Positions 52,425 through 61,174 of a stretch of 64,000 nt of DNA are shown in pieces; position 1 is the first letter of the stretch, and every line of letters begins with the position of its first letter. The notes under the pieces were generated by a model. It worked only from the letters and a program-made list of their open reading frames with translations. It was not told the origin of the DNA and made no database searches. Source of the DNA: Planctomycetota bacterium (GTDB taxonomy: Bacteria; Planctomycetota; SZUA-567; H5-PLA8); contig JBBRPR010000001.1 of the NCBI GenBank assembly GCA_038227875.1, positions 96,001 to 160,000 of the forward strand, given 5' to 3'. A program made the position numbers and the translations under genes.

Positions 52425-55388
52425 TTGATCAAGACTCTTACGGCGACAACTCTAGTATACCTCGTGCTCCTATCAGCGACGTGCGCCGCCACGGAGATTC
52501 CACCGGCGATCGTGATGACACCCGAACGCCTCGCGCAGCTCAAGCAGGGCGTCGATGCCTGGTACGTGGGCGATTCGGGGACGCAGCATTTTGAGGTCGC
52601 GTTCAACGCGCAGTCGAACACGCTCACGTTTAAGTACACCCAGGAGGTGAAGCGCAATCCCAATCAGGAAGAGTGGGATCTGAAAGGGGAGGCGGAGTTC
52701 TCCGCCGACGTTACGCCGCGGCTGATTTCTTTTCGCAGAGAAAAGCCCTACTGGCGAAAAAGCGATGCCCACGGCACGGTCAACGGCGAGACGCTCAAAG
52801 GCGTGGACTTTGACGGCGATGCGTACACGCTGCCGTATCACGGCGAACTGCTGCCGGACTTCGCGATCGGCTTCGCGGTGCTGGCGATGGACTGGAGCCG
52901 CGCTGAGAAATTCAACCTGATCACGCTCGACGTGGAAGCGCAGGACGTGCTGCCGCCGATCGCGGGTATTCCGCATCTGACACCGCCGTCCGAACGCAGC
53001 GTGAAGATTGAAAATATACAGTACAACCTGGACGAGAAGGGCGCGCTCACTGCACTTTCGAAAACCACGGGCAAGAAACACCGTTGGACGCTGGCGAAGA
53101 CGCCGCCGACACCGAGCCCGGAGACCAAAGAACCGGAGCAGGTGGACGACGCAATCACCAACGCCGCGGTCTCAAGCGTGCTCAAGAATCCGCCCGCCAC
53201 CGGGCAGATGATTCAAAACGCCAACGAACATGCATTTAAAGTAGGCGTACGCCCGGGCGATCTGTTGACAAAATACGAGGGGACGCCGCTCGACAGTTTG
53301 GACGCGCTGACCAAGGCCATCGCCGCCGCGTCGAAAGCGGGAAAGAAGACCGCGGAGATCGAGCTGCTCCGCGACGGAAAGGCGATGACGCTGCAGATTC
53401 CCGAAGGCAAGATCGGCATCGGTCCGCTGACTGTCGTCAAAGGCGTCGAGACGAATCTGGACAACGCCATGTTCGGTCCGATGGGTTACGGCCCCGGCCC
53501 GCGTCCGACGCCGACAAAGTACGAGAAACTCGCGCGCGAAAAGTGCGGCTCGCAGGTCCCGTGGAGTTCCGACTACGCCGCAGCGCTCGCGCAGGCCAAG
53601 GAGCAGCACAAAGTTCTGCTCTGGTGGGCGACGCCGATTCACGGGTCATCGATCTACCGCATCGACATCTTCGACGATTTTCTGAACGTGGGCCTGTTCA
53701 CCGATCCAGAGGTCGTGGCGTTCGTGAACACGAATTTCGTCACGTTCAAGGGACCGCTGACGCGCAAGCAGATGGACGAGTTCCATGTGGATTTCCTGAA
53801 CGCGCCGGCATTTCTGTTCGTGGGCTCGGATGGAAAGTTGATGCATTACCTCGATGGGCTGACGATGATTCAGAAGGATTTTTTTCTGGGCGAGTTCAAC
53901 GTGGTGCTCGCCAATTCGCCAGGCTTCGTAGCTAATACGGTCGAACCCTCCCCATTTGAAAAGGCAGCGCAACTCGCGAGATCCGGCACCTGGAAAGACG
54001 GCGCAGAACTCCTGTCCAAACGTGTCGATGCGGGCGCCGATGCGAAAGACTTCTCGCCGCTGACCGACCTGGCGTGGCTCTACTTTCGTTCAGCTGATTT
54101 TGACCGAGCGCTGAGTACGCTGAAATCCATGCCGACGGTCGCCACCGCTGACTCTCGTGCCGTCGAACGACTGTACGTCAATGGTGCGATCATGCTCTTC
54201 ATGAACAAGGACGATGAAGCGCGCGCGTTTTGGCAACAGGCCGCCGATAAAGATCCCAACGATCCATGGGCCTGGCGTTCAGCAGCCGAAATGGAAAATA
54301 TCGGCCCGCTGTCGCGTGGCGTGGAATCGCCGTTCTGGATTCCCGACGGAGTCATCCCGAAGGACGTGACACTCGCCACGCTGCCGCATACGACGCGTGG
54401 AGTCGCGCCAGAAGCAGATGTGAAGACTGCGGCTCGCATCGGTGTCGAATACCTGCTCGAACACCAGTCCGCCAACGGCGGCTGGAACGATACCAACTAC
54501 GACTTCGGCGGCTTGCGCGCGATGCCCAACGTCCGCACCGCCGTCACCGCGATCTGCGCCGAGGCGCTGCTGGCGCACCGCGATCTGGAACCGGCGCGCA
54601 TCGACGCCGCCTTGAATCGCGCCTTTGTCTATCTCACCGATCCCAAACACCTCACGCTGGACGACAAGAACGAAATCATCTGGCCGCACATTTATCGGCT
54701 CAACTTTTACGCCGCCTGGCTGCCCACCTGCAGCGCGGAGATGAAACCGAAGCTGCTCCAGGAAATGAAAACGATCGCCGATGGGTTGACCAAAAATCAT
54801 CTCGGCAAAACCGGCTTCTACCGACACGAATACGAGAACGATTTCGTCACCGGCTCGGTGCTGCTCTCATTGAAGCTCGTCAAGGACGCCGGCAGTCCCG
54901 TCGACACCGCCGCGATTGCCAAGTCGCTCGACGCGCTGGAAAGACTCCGCTCGCCGCGCGGCACGTTTCCCTATGCTCCCGAACCCGGCACCGGGCCAGA
55001 GCCGTGGAAAGGCAGCGCGGGTCGCACGATCAATTGCGACGCGGCGTTGCTGGCGTGGGGGCGCGGCTCAGCCGATCAATTGCGCGAAGCCATCGAGAAG
55101 TACATTCAATTCAACTTCGTCCAGGAGCGCGTGCGCAAGCAGACGTTCCATTCCGACGCGTACCGCATCGGCGGTTTCTTCTACTGGTACAACCAGCACG
55201 TCTTGAGCCAGGTGATTACGCTCACCGACCCAGCCACCGCGAAAAAAGCCGCGGCGTTCATGCGCGACATGGTGCTCGCCACCCGCGAAGCCGACGGCAC
55301 GTGGGTCGATTCGATCGAACTGGGCAAGACCTACGCGACAGGCATGGCGCTGCTGGTGCTCGAGGCGGCGAAGCGGTTTGGAAAGTGA
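52425..55388 (+). CDS. Large secreted multidomain protein: PDZ-like, thioredoxin-like (no CxxC), TPR, prenyltransferase-like alpha/alpha barrel
   Basis: TTG start after GAGGTG; GVRPGDLLTKYEG...ELLRDGK; WSSDYAAALAQAK...FTDPEVVAFVNTNFV; GVEYLLEHQSANGGW; ADGTW...YATGMALLVL. Confidence 0.7.
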   Translation: MIKTLTATTLVYLVLLSATCAATEIPPAIVMTPERLAQLKQGVDAWYVGDSGTQHFEVAFNAQSNTLTFKYTQEVKRNPNQEEWDLKGEAEFSADVTPRLISFRREKPYWRKSDAHGTVNGETLKGVDFDGDAYTLPYHGELLPDFAIGFAVLAMDWSRAEKFNLITLDVEAQDVLPPIAGIPHLTPPSERSVKIENIQYNLDEKGALTALSKTTGKKHRWTLAKTPPTPSPETKEPEQVDDAITNAAVSSVLKNPPATGQMIQNANEHAFKVGVRPGDLLTKYEGTPLDSLDALTKAIAAASKAGKKTAEIELLRDGKAMTLQIPEGKIGIGPLTVVKGVETNLDNAMFGPMGYGPGPRPTPTKYEKLAREKCGSQVPWSSDYAAALAQAKEQHKVLLWWATPIHGSSIYRIDIFDDFLNVGLFTDPEVVAFVNTNFVTFKGPLTRKQMDEFHVDFLNAPAFLFVGSDGKLMHYLDGLTMIQKDFFLGEFNVVLANSPGFVANTVEPSPFEKAAQLARSGTWKDGAELLSKRVDAGADAKDFSPLTDLAWLYFRSADFDRALSTLKSMPTVATADSRAVERLYVNGAIMLFMNKDDEARAFWQQAADKDPNDPWAWRSAAEMENIGPLSRGVESPFWIPDGVIPKDVTLATLPHTTRGVAPEADVKTAARIGVEYLLEHQSANGGWNDTNYDFGGLRAMPNVRTAVTAICAEALLAHRDLEPARIDAALNRAFVYLTDPKHLTLDDKNEIIWPHIYRLNFYAAWLPTCSAEMKPKLLQEMKTIADGLTKNHLGKTGFYRHEYENDFVTGSVLLSLKLVKDAGSPVDTAAIAKSLDALERLRSPRGTFPYAPEPGTGPEPWKGSAGRTINCDAALLAWGRGSADQLREAIEKYIQFNFVQERVRKQTFHSDAYRIGGFFYWYNQHVLSQVITLTDPATAKKAAAFMRDMVLATREADGTWVDSIELGKTYATGMALLVLEAAKRFGK

Positions 55389-55395
55389 TTGTCGA

Positions 55396-57696
55396 TTACC
55401 ACTTTTGGTCCGCCCTGTCGTCTTGTTTACCTTTTCCGCCTGTTTTGAAATTCTGAATGGCGGCCTTCAGCCGCGCCGCGACGTCCGGATAGTCTTTGAT
55501 GATCTTGGGATCGTCGTTCCACTTTTCAAACTTGGAGAGTAGGCGTGTCTTTATCGTTTGCGCCATTTCGCGAGCGGCGTCTGCGCGTGCCTTGTTTCCA
55601 GAGGTAACTTCCGTCGTGAGTGCTTGGGTTTCTTCCTCCAGCCACCAGGCAAAAAATGTGGCAAACCAGTCCGGTTTCTGTGTTGCAACGGGGAACGGGA
55701 AATTCTTGACAATTACGTTGTCCGAAGAGCGCATCCGGACAATGGCCATGACGCCATGTTCCTGAATTGTCCTGCTCATCGGATACTCCAGCGCCACGTT
55801 CTCGAGGATTAGAAGTTCGGCGTCACGCAGCTTCATACGCTCGGCGGCGACGATCATTCTCAGATGATCCAAAGACGTGGGCAGCGGCGGAATCTTTCCT
55901 TCCGTGATTTCAACCAAGCGCTTGGCCTCTTCCGCATTATGCGTGTCATTGGCGACGGGTTCTTCCAGCAGTTTCAACACGGCCGGCGCAGCCGCTACGC
56001 CAGCATGCGCAAAATCCTGGAGCTGTTTTTCATGTTCCGGCGTGTTGAGGCTTCCGTATTCGCCGCGTTCCCAATTCTTGAAATTGACGTAGGCGAGATA
56101 CGCCGCGCTGAAGCGTTTTGCGAGTTGCTCCGCGCGGGAATCGCCGAACTTGATGCGCAGCACGGGCATCGTTTTGGGCGTTCCGCTGAACAGGGCCGGC
56201 CGCGTCGTTCGCTGTTCCAGTGGCGGAAATCCAAGGCCTTCCCCCTTGATTCCAAAGGCCCACAGCCATGGATCCTGTTTGGCTTCGCCGTTCCACAGGC
56301 TCCGCCAGAAGAGCAAGGACTCGGTATCTCCGCTCAAGTCATCGAGCAGCCTGAACGACTGTTCCACGCGCTTCAACTCGTTGGCGCGGGGATCGGCACG
56401 CACGGCGGCGCGGGCTGCGTTTCCACCGCGGAGCAGTGCCACCAGCGCCTCATCAGCGGCCTGCTCATCTTTCGCCGTGAGGAACGTTGCAATGGCGTCG
56501 TCGAACTTGCCTTTCGGGTCGCTCTTGTGCTTTTCGCGCCACCAGTTTTGTACCTGGGCGATGTCGTCCTTCGACGGATATCCAGACAGGAGCGGAAAAC
56601 CCTTTTCAGTATGACCGCCCAGATGCCAGAGCGCGCCGATGGCATTGGCTTGAATGGTGGGACTGGCAAAATACCCGTTCGTAAATCGCAGAATCAGCGG
56701 CTCCGCTTCGTGCCGGTGCAGCGCCACGGCAGCGACCATCATGCGCAGGTGATCTTCGGGATAAGTGCCCTTCGATCCCGCGAACCTTGGAAAGCTCATT
56801 TCGTGTGACTCTGAAGTGGCGAGAATAGTGAGCACCACCGGCGCTGTCGCGACGCCCTGCTCCGTCAGCGCGTCGAGAAGCGCCTTGAACTTCGGATTGG
56901 GCGGGACGTTCGCCTCTCGGCGACCGTCGCGCTCCCATTTTTGGAAATTGCGCAGCGCAGTGTACGCCGCGCTAAAGCGATTCTTGATCGCAGCGCCGTT
57001 CGACTCGCCGTACTTCGCCACCAGTATGTCGGCCACCAGCGGCGATGGCGGCGCATCCGGCTGGCGGTCTGCGTCGTTAAGGTCCAGACCGACGTTCCAG
57101 ATGTCCTCCTGTACGCTCGCCTCGGCATTCCAGATGGATTGCCAGAACTCCAGCGAATCCGCGTTGCGGAAGTCACCCAACGTATCGACCACGGCATATC
57201 CACGATGCAGGTCCGCGACAGCGCGCTGCAATGCCTCGTCCGTTCCCGGTTGAATGGCATCCACGGCGGCGCGCGTTTTTGCGGCGCGCAGCAAAGCCAC
57301 AAAGGCCTGGTGGCGCTCCGCGGTGGTTCCGGTGCTTAGCTGTGCGATCAAGGGCGACGGATCAGGCTCGTTCTCGATCAGCGAAGGTTTGCCGTCGTCG
57401 CCGGCCGGCGTGTGTTTGACGTTCGCGCGCGGCAGCGTGTCGCGGCCCAGCAGCAAGGCGAAAAGAATCAGCGCCGCGATGCCGGTCAAAGCTTCAATCC
57501 ACCAGCGCCGCCGGATCGGAGGTTCCTGGCTCGTGGTAGCCGTGGCGATGTTGGAAGTCTTCGAGGTATCGTCCGCGGCGAGCCGCGCTTCGAGCTGCTT
57601 CCATTGCCGCTCGGCATCAATCGCTGGGGTCGCGACGGCCGCGACGAGGCGTTCGGGTTCGAGATCGGACGGTGGAAGGATTGCGGGGTCGCTCAT
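55396..57696 (-). CDS. Putative anti-sigma factor: short N-terminus, one TM, two tandem ~280-aa helical repeats
   Basis: Start overlaps the sigma stop (ATGA at 57693-57696); RRRWW followed by a TM helix; visible internal duplication. Confidence 0.65.
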   Translation of the reverse strand: MSDPAILPPSDLEPERLVAAVATPAIDAERQWKQLEARLAADDTSKTSNIATATTSQEPPIRRRWWIEALTGIAALILFALLLGRDTLPRANVKHTPAGDDGKPSLIENEPDPSPLIAQLSTGTTAERHQAFVALLRAAKTRAAVDAIQPGTDEALQRAVADLHRGYAVVDTLGDFRNADSLEFWQSIWNAEASVQEDIWNVGLDLNDADRQPDAPPSPLVADILVAKYGESNGAAIKNRFSAAYTALRNFQKWERDGRREANVPPNPKFKALLDALTEQGVATAPVVLTILATSESHEMSFPRFAGSKGTYPEDHLRMMVAAVALHRHEAEPLILRFTNGYFASPTIQANAIGALWHLGGHTEKGFPLLSGYPSKDDIAQVQNWWREKHKSDPKGKFDDAIATFLTAKDEQAADEALVALLRGGNAARAAVRADPRANELKRVEQSFRLLDDLSGDTESLLFWRSLWNGEAKQDPWLWAFGIKGEGLGFPPLEQRTTRPALFSGTPKTMPVLRIKFGDSRAEQLAKRFSAAYLAYVNFKNWERGEYGSLNTPEHEKQLQDFAHAGVAAAPAVLKLLEEPVANDTHNAEEAKRLVEITEGKIPPLPTSLDHLRMIVAAERMKLRDAELLILENVALEYPMSRTIQEHGVMAIVRMRSSDNVIVKNFPFPVATQKPDWFATFFAWWLEEETQALTTEVTSGNKARADAAREMAQTIKTRLLSKFEKWNDDPKIIKDYPDVAARLKAAIQNFKTGGKGKQDDRADQKW

Positions 57697-58385
57697 TCGT
57701 TCACCTGTCTTCCTGTTGCGTTGCTTCGCTTCGCGAATTTCTCGCGAAAAGCCATGCGTGCGCGGTAGAGCAGCGAACCGGCCGCGTCTTCGGCAATTCC
57801 TTGCGCTGCTGCAATGTGTTGCAGTGTGTGGCCGTCGCGATAACGATCGAGCAGCGCTTGCTGCTGCCGCGCGGGAAGTTCGGCCAGCACTTGCCCGATC
57901 AGCGCGGCGAGCATGCTGCGGTCCTCCTGCGAGGCCAGTTGCGCCAGCAGGCCTGTGGCATCTTCCGAACGCGCCGCCTGCAGCGCGTGTTCGCGCGCCG
58001 GGGCGCTCAAGTCCTCGAGCGACAGTTCCCGCACCGCGCGGCCCTGCTTGCGGCAGAAATCCATCGCCGTGTTGCGGGCAAGACTGAGCAACCAGCCCTC
58101 AAACGTCTCCGCCGACTTCGCCGCTGCGATATTTTTGAATGCGCGGAAGAACGCTTCGAAGACCAGATCATCAGCGTCCTCCGGCCGGATCCCGCGCACC
58201 CACGCGCGCACCGCGCGGTGGAGCACCTCGGCGTAGCATAAGAAGACGCGGCGGCGCACGGCGTTGTCTCCGGAACGCAACGCCGACCACTCGGCGGCCT
58301 TCAGTTCAAACGAAGCCGCGCTCTGGCGCGAATGATCGCGCGCGCACTTCGCCGTATCCGCGGTGGTCTGTTCACCGTCGACCAT
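57693..58385 (-). CDS. ECF RNA polymerase sigma factor
   Basis: DADDLVFEAFFRAF, FEGWLLSLARNTAMDFCR, LAELPARQQQALL and GSLLYRARMAFR. Confidence 0.92.
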   Translation of the reverse strand: MVDGEQTTADTAKCARDHSRQSAASFELKAAEWSALRSGDNAVRRRVFLCYAEVLHRAVRAWVRGIRPEDADDLVFEAFFRAFKNIAAAKSAETFEGWLLSLARNTAMDFCRKQGRAVRELSLEDLSAPAREHALQAARSEDATGLLAQLASQEDRSMLAALIGQVLAELPARQQQALLDRYRDGHTLQHIAAAQGIAEDAAGSLLYRARMAFREKFAKRSNATGRQVNE

Positions 58386-58602
58386 GAGTCTCATTTCATC
58401 ATAAAGGGTCGTCTTTTGGTGTTGCAGATGACGAAGAAAATGACGCAAATTTTTGCATTGTTGCAATTGCTTGCCGGGAACAGCTGCAAATCTGGCCTGG
58501 ATGCCCCGACATTTCGCCATGCACGTCATTCGACTTTCCGCTGCCCCTCCGGTAAATTACCGCGCGCTAGTTTTGACACGGTTCACTTCAGGAGAAAACC
58601 AC

Positions 58603-59214
58603 ATGCAACGTGCATTATCACTCGTTCTCGTGCTCTGCGGGCTGTTCCTCGCCACGTCGGCGTTCTCGGCTGAGAAAAATCCCGTCGTCGTGATGGAAAC
58701 CTCGCTCGGAAAGATCGAAATCGAGCTCTACCCCGACAAGGCGCCGATCACGGTCAAGAATTTCCTCGGCTACGTGAACGACAAGTTCTATGACGAGACC
58801 GTCTTCCACCGCGTGATGAGCACCTTCATGATCCAGGGCGGCGGCTTCACCAAGGACTTGGCAGAAAAAGCGACGAAGGGCACGATCAAGAATGAGGCCG
58901 ACAACGGCCTGGCCAACGAAATCGGCACCATCGCCATGGCCCGCCTGCCCGAACCGCACACGGCCGGCGCGCAGTTTTTCATCAACGTCGCCAACAATGC
59001 GATGCTCAACCACCAGAACAAAACCGTGCAGGGTTATGGCTACTGCGTTTTCGGCAAGGTCGTCGCCGGCATGGATGTGGTGAACAAGATCAAGGACGTG
59101 GCCACCGGTCACAGCGACGGTAAAGCGCAGACCCCGCAGGGCCTGATCGACATGCCCATGGACGACGTGCCGAAGGAAGCCGTGATCATCAAGTCCGTCC
59201 GCGTGAAAGAGTAA
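58603..59214 (+). CDS. ppiA: Periplasmic cyclophilin-type PPIase
   Basis: Signal peptide; APITVKNF, FHRVMSTFMIQGGG, GTIAMAR, QFFIN and YCVFGKV; AGGAG RBS. Confidence 0.93.
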   Translation: MQRALSLVLVLCGLFLATSAFSAEKNPVVVMETSLGKIEIELYPDKAPITVKNFLGYVNDKFYDETVFHRVMSTFMIQGGGFTKDLAEKATKGTIKNEADNGLANEIGTIAMARLPEPHTAGAQFFINVANNAMLNHQNKTVQGYGYCVFGKVVAGMDVVNKIKDVATGHSDGKAQTPQGLIDMPMDDVPKEAVIIKSVRVKE

Positions 59215-59218
59215 CTTC

Positions 59219-59929
59219 GTGACGGAAACTGCCCGGCAAAACTCGAACCCCCATGCCCCCCCTTTTCAAGGGGGGGAGATTCGGCGAGGCGCGTTTCTTG
59301 CGCTGCTTGCGTTTTCGGCGGCGCTGTGTTGTAACTCGCTTTATGCGGAGAACGCCGGCGCGGCGGCGCATCCCAGTGTCAGAATCGAAACCTCGCTGGG
59401 CGATATCGATCTGGAACTCTACGCCGACCAGGCTCCCGAGACCGTGCGTAATTTCCTGGCGTACGTGTCGGAGAAGTTCTACGACGGCACCGTCTTCCAC
59501 CGCGTGGCTCAGGGCATCGTGATCCAGGGCGGCGGGTTTACTCCGGACATGAAAGAAAAGTCACCCAACGCCGCGCGTCCGCCAGTGAAGAACGAAGCCA
59601 CCACGGCGCTCAAGAACACCCGCGGCACCATCTCCATGGCGCGCAGCGCCGATCCGGATTCGGCGACGTGCCAGTTTTTCATCAACACCGGCGACAACGT
59701 GGCGCTCAACCATTTGAACGCGACGCCCCAGGGCATGGGCTACTGCGTTTTCGGCCGCGTGATTGCCGGGCAGGACGTCGTCGACAAAATCAATGCGGTG
59801 GCCGTGGACAAGGGCGAAAAGAAGAGCGAACCCAAGCTCTTTCTGCGCGACGGCAGTGAAGTTCCATCGGCCGAAATCCCCAAGGTTCCCGTGCTGATCA
59901 AATCGATCCGCGAACTCCCCGCCAAGTAA
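59219..59929 (+). CDS. Second cyclophilin-type PPIase
   Basis: APETVRNF, FHRVAQGIVIQGGG, GTISMAR, QFFIN and YCVFGRV; start uncertain. Confidence 0.9.
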   Translation: MTETARQNSNPHAPPFQGGEIRRGAFLALLAFSAALCCNSLYAENAGAAAHPSVRIETSLGDIDLELYADQAPETVRNFLAYVSEKFYDGTVFHRVAQGIVIQGGGFTPDMKEKSPNAARPPVKNEATTALKNTRGTISMARSADPDSATCQFFINTGDNVALNHLNATPQGMGYCVFGRVIAGQDVVDKINAVAVDKGEKKSEPKLFLRDGSEVPSAEIPKVPVLIKSIRELPAK

Positions 59930-59953
59930 CGCCAACTCCCGAATACAAACGAA

Positions 59954-59977
59954 GAAGGGGCGAAAATTCGCCCCTTC
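59954..59977. terminator. Hairpin between convergent genes
   Basis: GAAGGGGCGAA-AA-TTCGCCCCTTC; weak U tract. Confidence 0.6.
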
Positions 59978-60008
59978 GGTTCGCACATCCATTTGGAATT
60001 GTCCGGCT

Positions 60009-60629
60009 CTATTCGTCGACGACCGCCGGCTTCTTCGTTTCGGGTTTGTTGGCGGTGTTCTTTTCCTTATCTTTGTCGTCCTTCTTCTCTTCACCGATTC
60101 CCTTGATGCCCAGACCATTGTTCTTGGGCGCTTCCTCGGGTTCCTTCTTTACGGGCTTATCGGCGACCTTGCGCGGTTCCTTGGGTTCGGCGTTCAGGAT
60201 CGCGTCCATGACGTTCAGCAGCATCGCGGACGTCAGGCGGGAGGAATCGTTCTTGTCGAAGGTTTCAACGCGCTTGCGGTCGGAACTCATCACCATCAGC
60301 ACTGCGCCGTTGACTGCGCCGCTGGTCCAGTCGGCCGGCCAGGATTTCTCGTCGGCTTTGACGCGGATGCAGCGGAACTTCTTCGCCTTCGCGGCAACGT
60401 CGGCATTATTCAGAAAGGTCTTTCCCTCGAGCTTAATCGCAAAATGATTGAGCTTCGGTTTGGCGTCATAAATGTAGACGATCATCGGTTGAGTCGACTC
60501 TTTGATCGATTCAAAGGTCGGTGCGTACCAGCCCTTGACCGCTTCGCCTTCGCCCGCGGCCTCGGCGGCGCAGTGCTTGACGATGGTCAGGCTCAGCACA
60601 CATGCAATTGTGGCCAGAATACGTCGCAT
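60009..60629 (-). CDS. Secreted thioredoxin-fold-like protein without CxxC, charged tail
   Basis: Signal peptide; QPMIVYIY...FLNNADVAAKAKKFRCIRV pattern; K/E/D-rich C-terminus. Confidence 0.55.
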   Translation of the reverse strand: MRRILATIACVLSLTIVKHCAAEAAGEGEAVKGWYAPTFESIKESTQPMIVYIYDAKPKLNHFAIKLEGKTFLNNADVAAKAKKFRCIRVKADEKSWPADWTSGAVNGAVLMVMSSDRKRVETFDKNDSSRLTSAMLLNVMDAILNAEPKEPRKVADKPVKKEPEEAPKNNGLGIKGIGEEKKDDKDKEKNTANKPETKKPAVVDE

Positions 60630-60797
60630 GAATTTGTTCCCCCGGTTGCTCGCTCCGGTTCAGAAATGGAGCAAGCGCTTAGTCTCGTGGATTTTTGACA
60701 CGGAAACAAGTTTTATTTTTCAACGACTTTACATTAAAGTTGTCCCGATCTGGGGTCTTCAGCCTGTCCGGTCACTTTTCATTCGCGTTCACGGAGC

Positions 60798-61106
60798 ATG
60801 ACAATGAAAAACGTTACACGTTGGGGTCTCTTGGCGCTGGTTTTGGGGTTTGTTCTAGCGTTATCCGGATCCGCGATGGCGGAAGACATGCCCGCGCCTC
60901 CCAAGGCCGACGCTCCCAAGACAGTCGACTACACCAAATACGCCAATCCGCACCCCGGCAAGTGCCTGGTTTCAGATGAGGCGCTGGACAACGACAACTT
61001 CACCGCCGACTACAAAGGCAAGACCTACGTCTTCTGCTGCAACGGCTGCCGAAAGAAGTTCAATGCGAACCCGGAAAAGTTCATTCCTGCTGACGCCAAA
61101 AAGTAG
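60798..61106 (+). CDS. Secreted YHS/TRASH-domain protein
   Basis: Signal peptide; CLVS...YKGKTYVFCCNGCRKKFNANPEKF. Confidence 0.85.
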   Translation: MTMKNVTRWGLLALVLGFVLALSGSAMAEDMPAPPKADAPKTVDYTKYANPHPGKCLVSDEALDNDNFTADYKGKTYVFCCNGCRKKFNANPEKFIPADAKK

Positions 61107-61174
61107 CGCCGCATTCAACGAAATCCCCGGATCAAGCGCTGAAACGCCGTGCACGAACGGCGTTGAGCGGAGTT

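Noticed and set aside
54420..55388. Squalene-hopene cyclase call for the alpha/alpha barrel
   Set aside because: Only one barrel, no DXDD motif seen, and the protein is exported.
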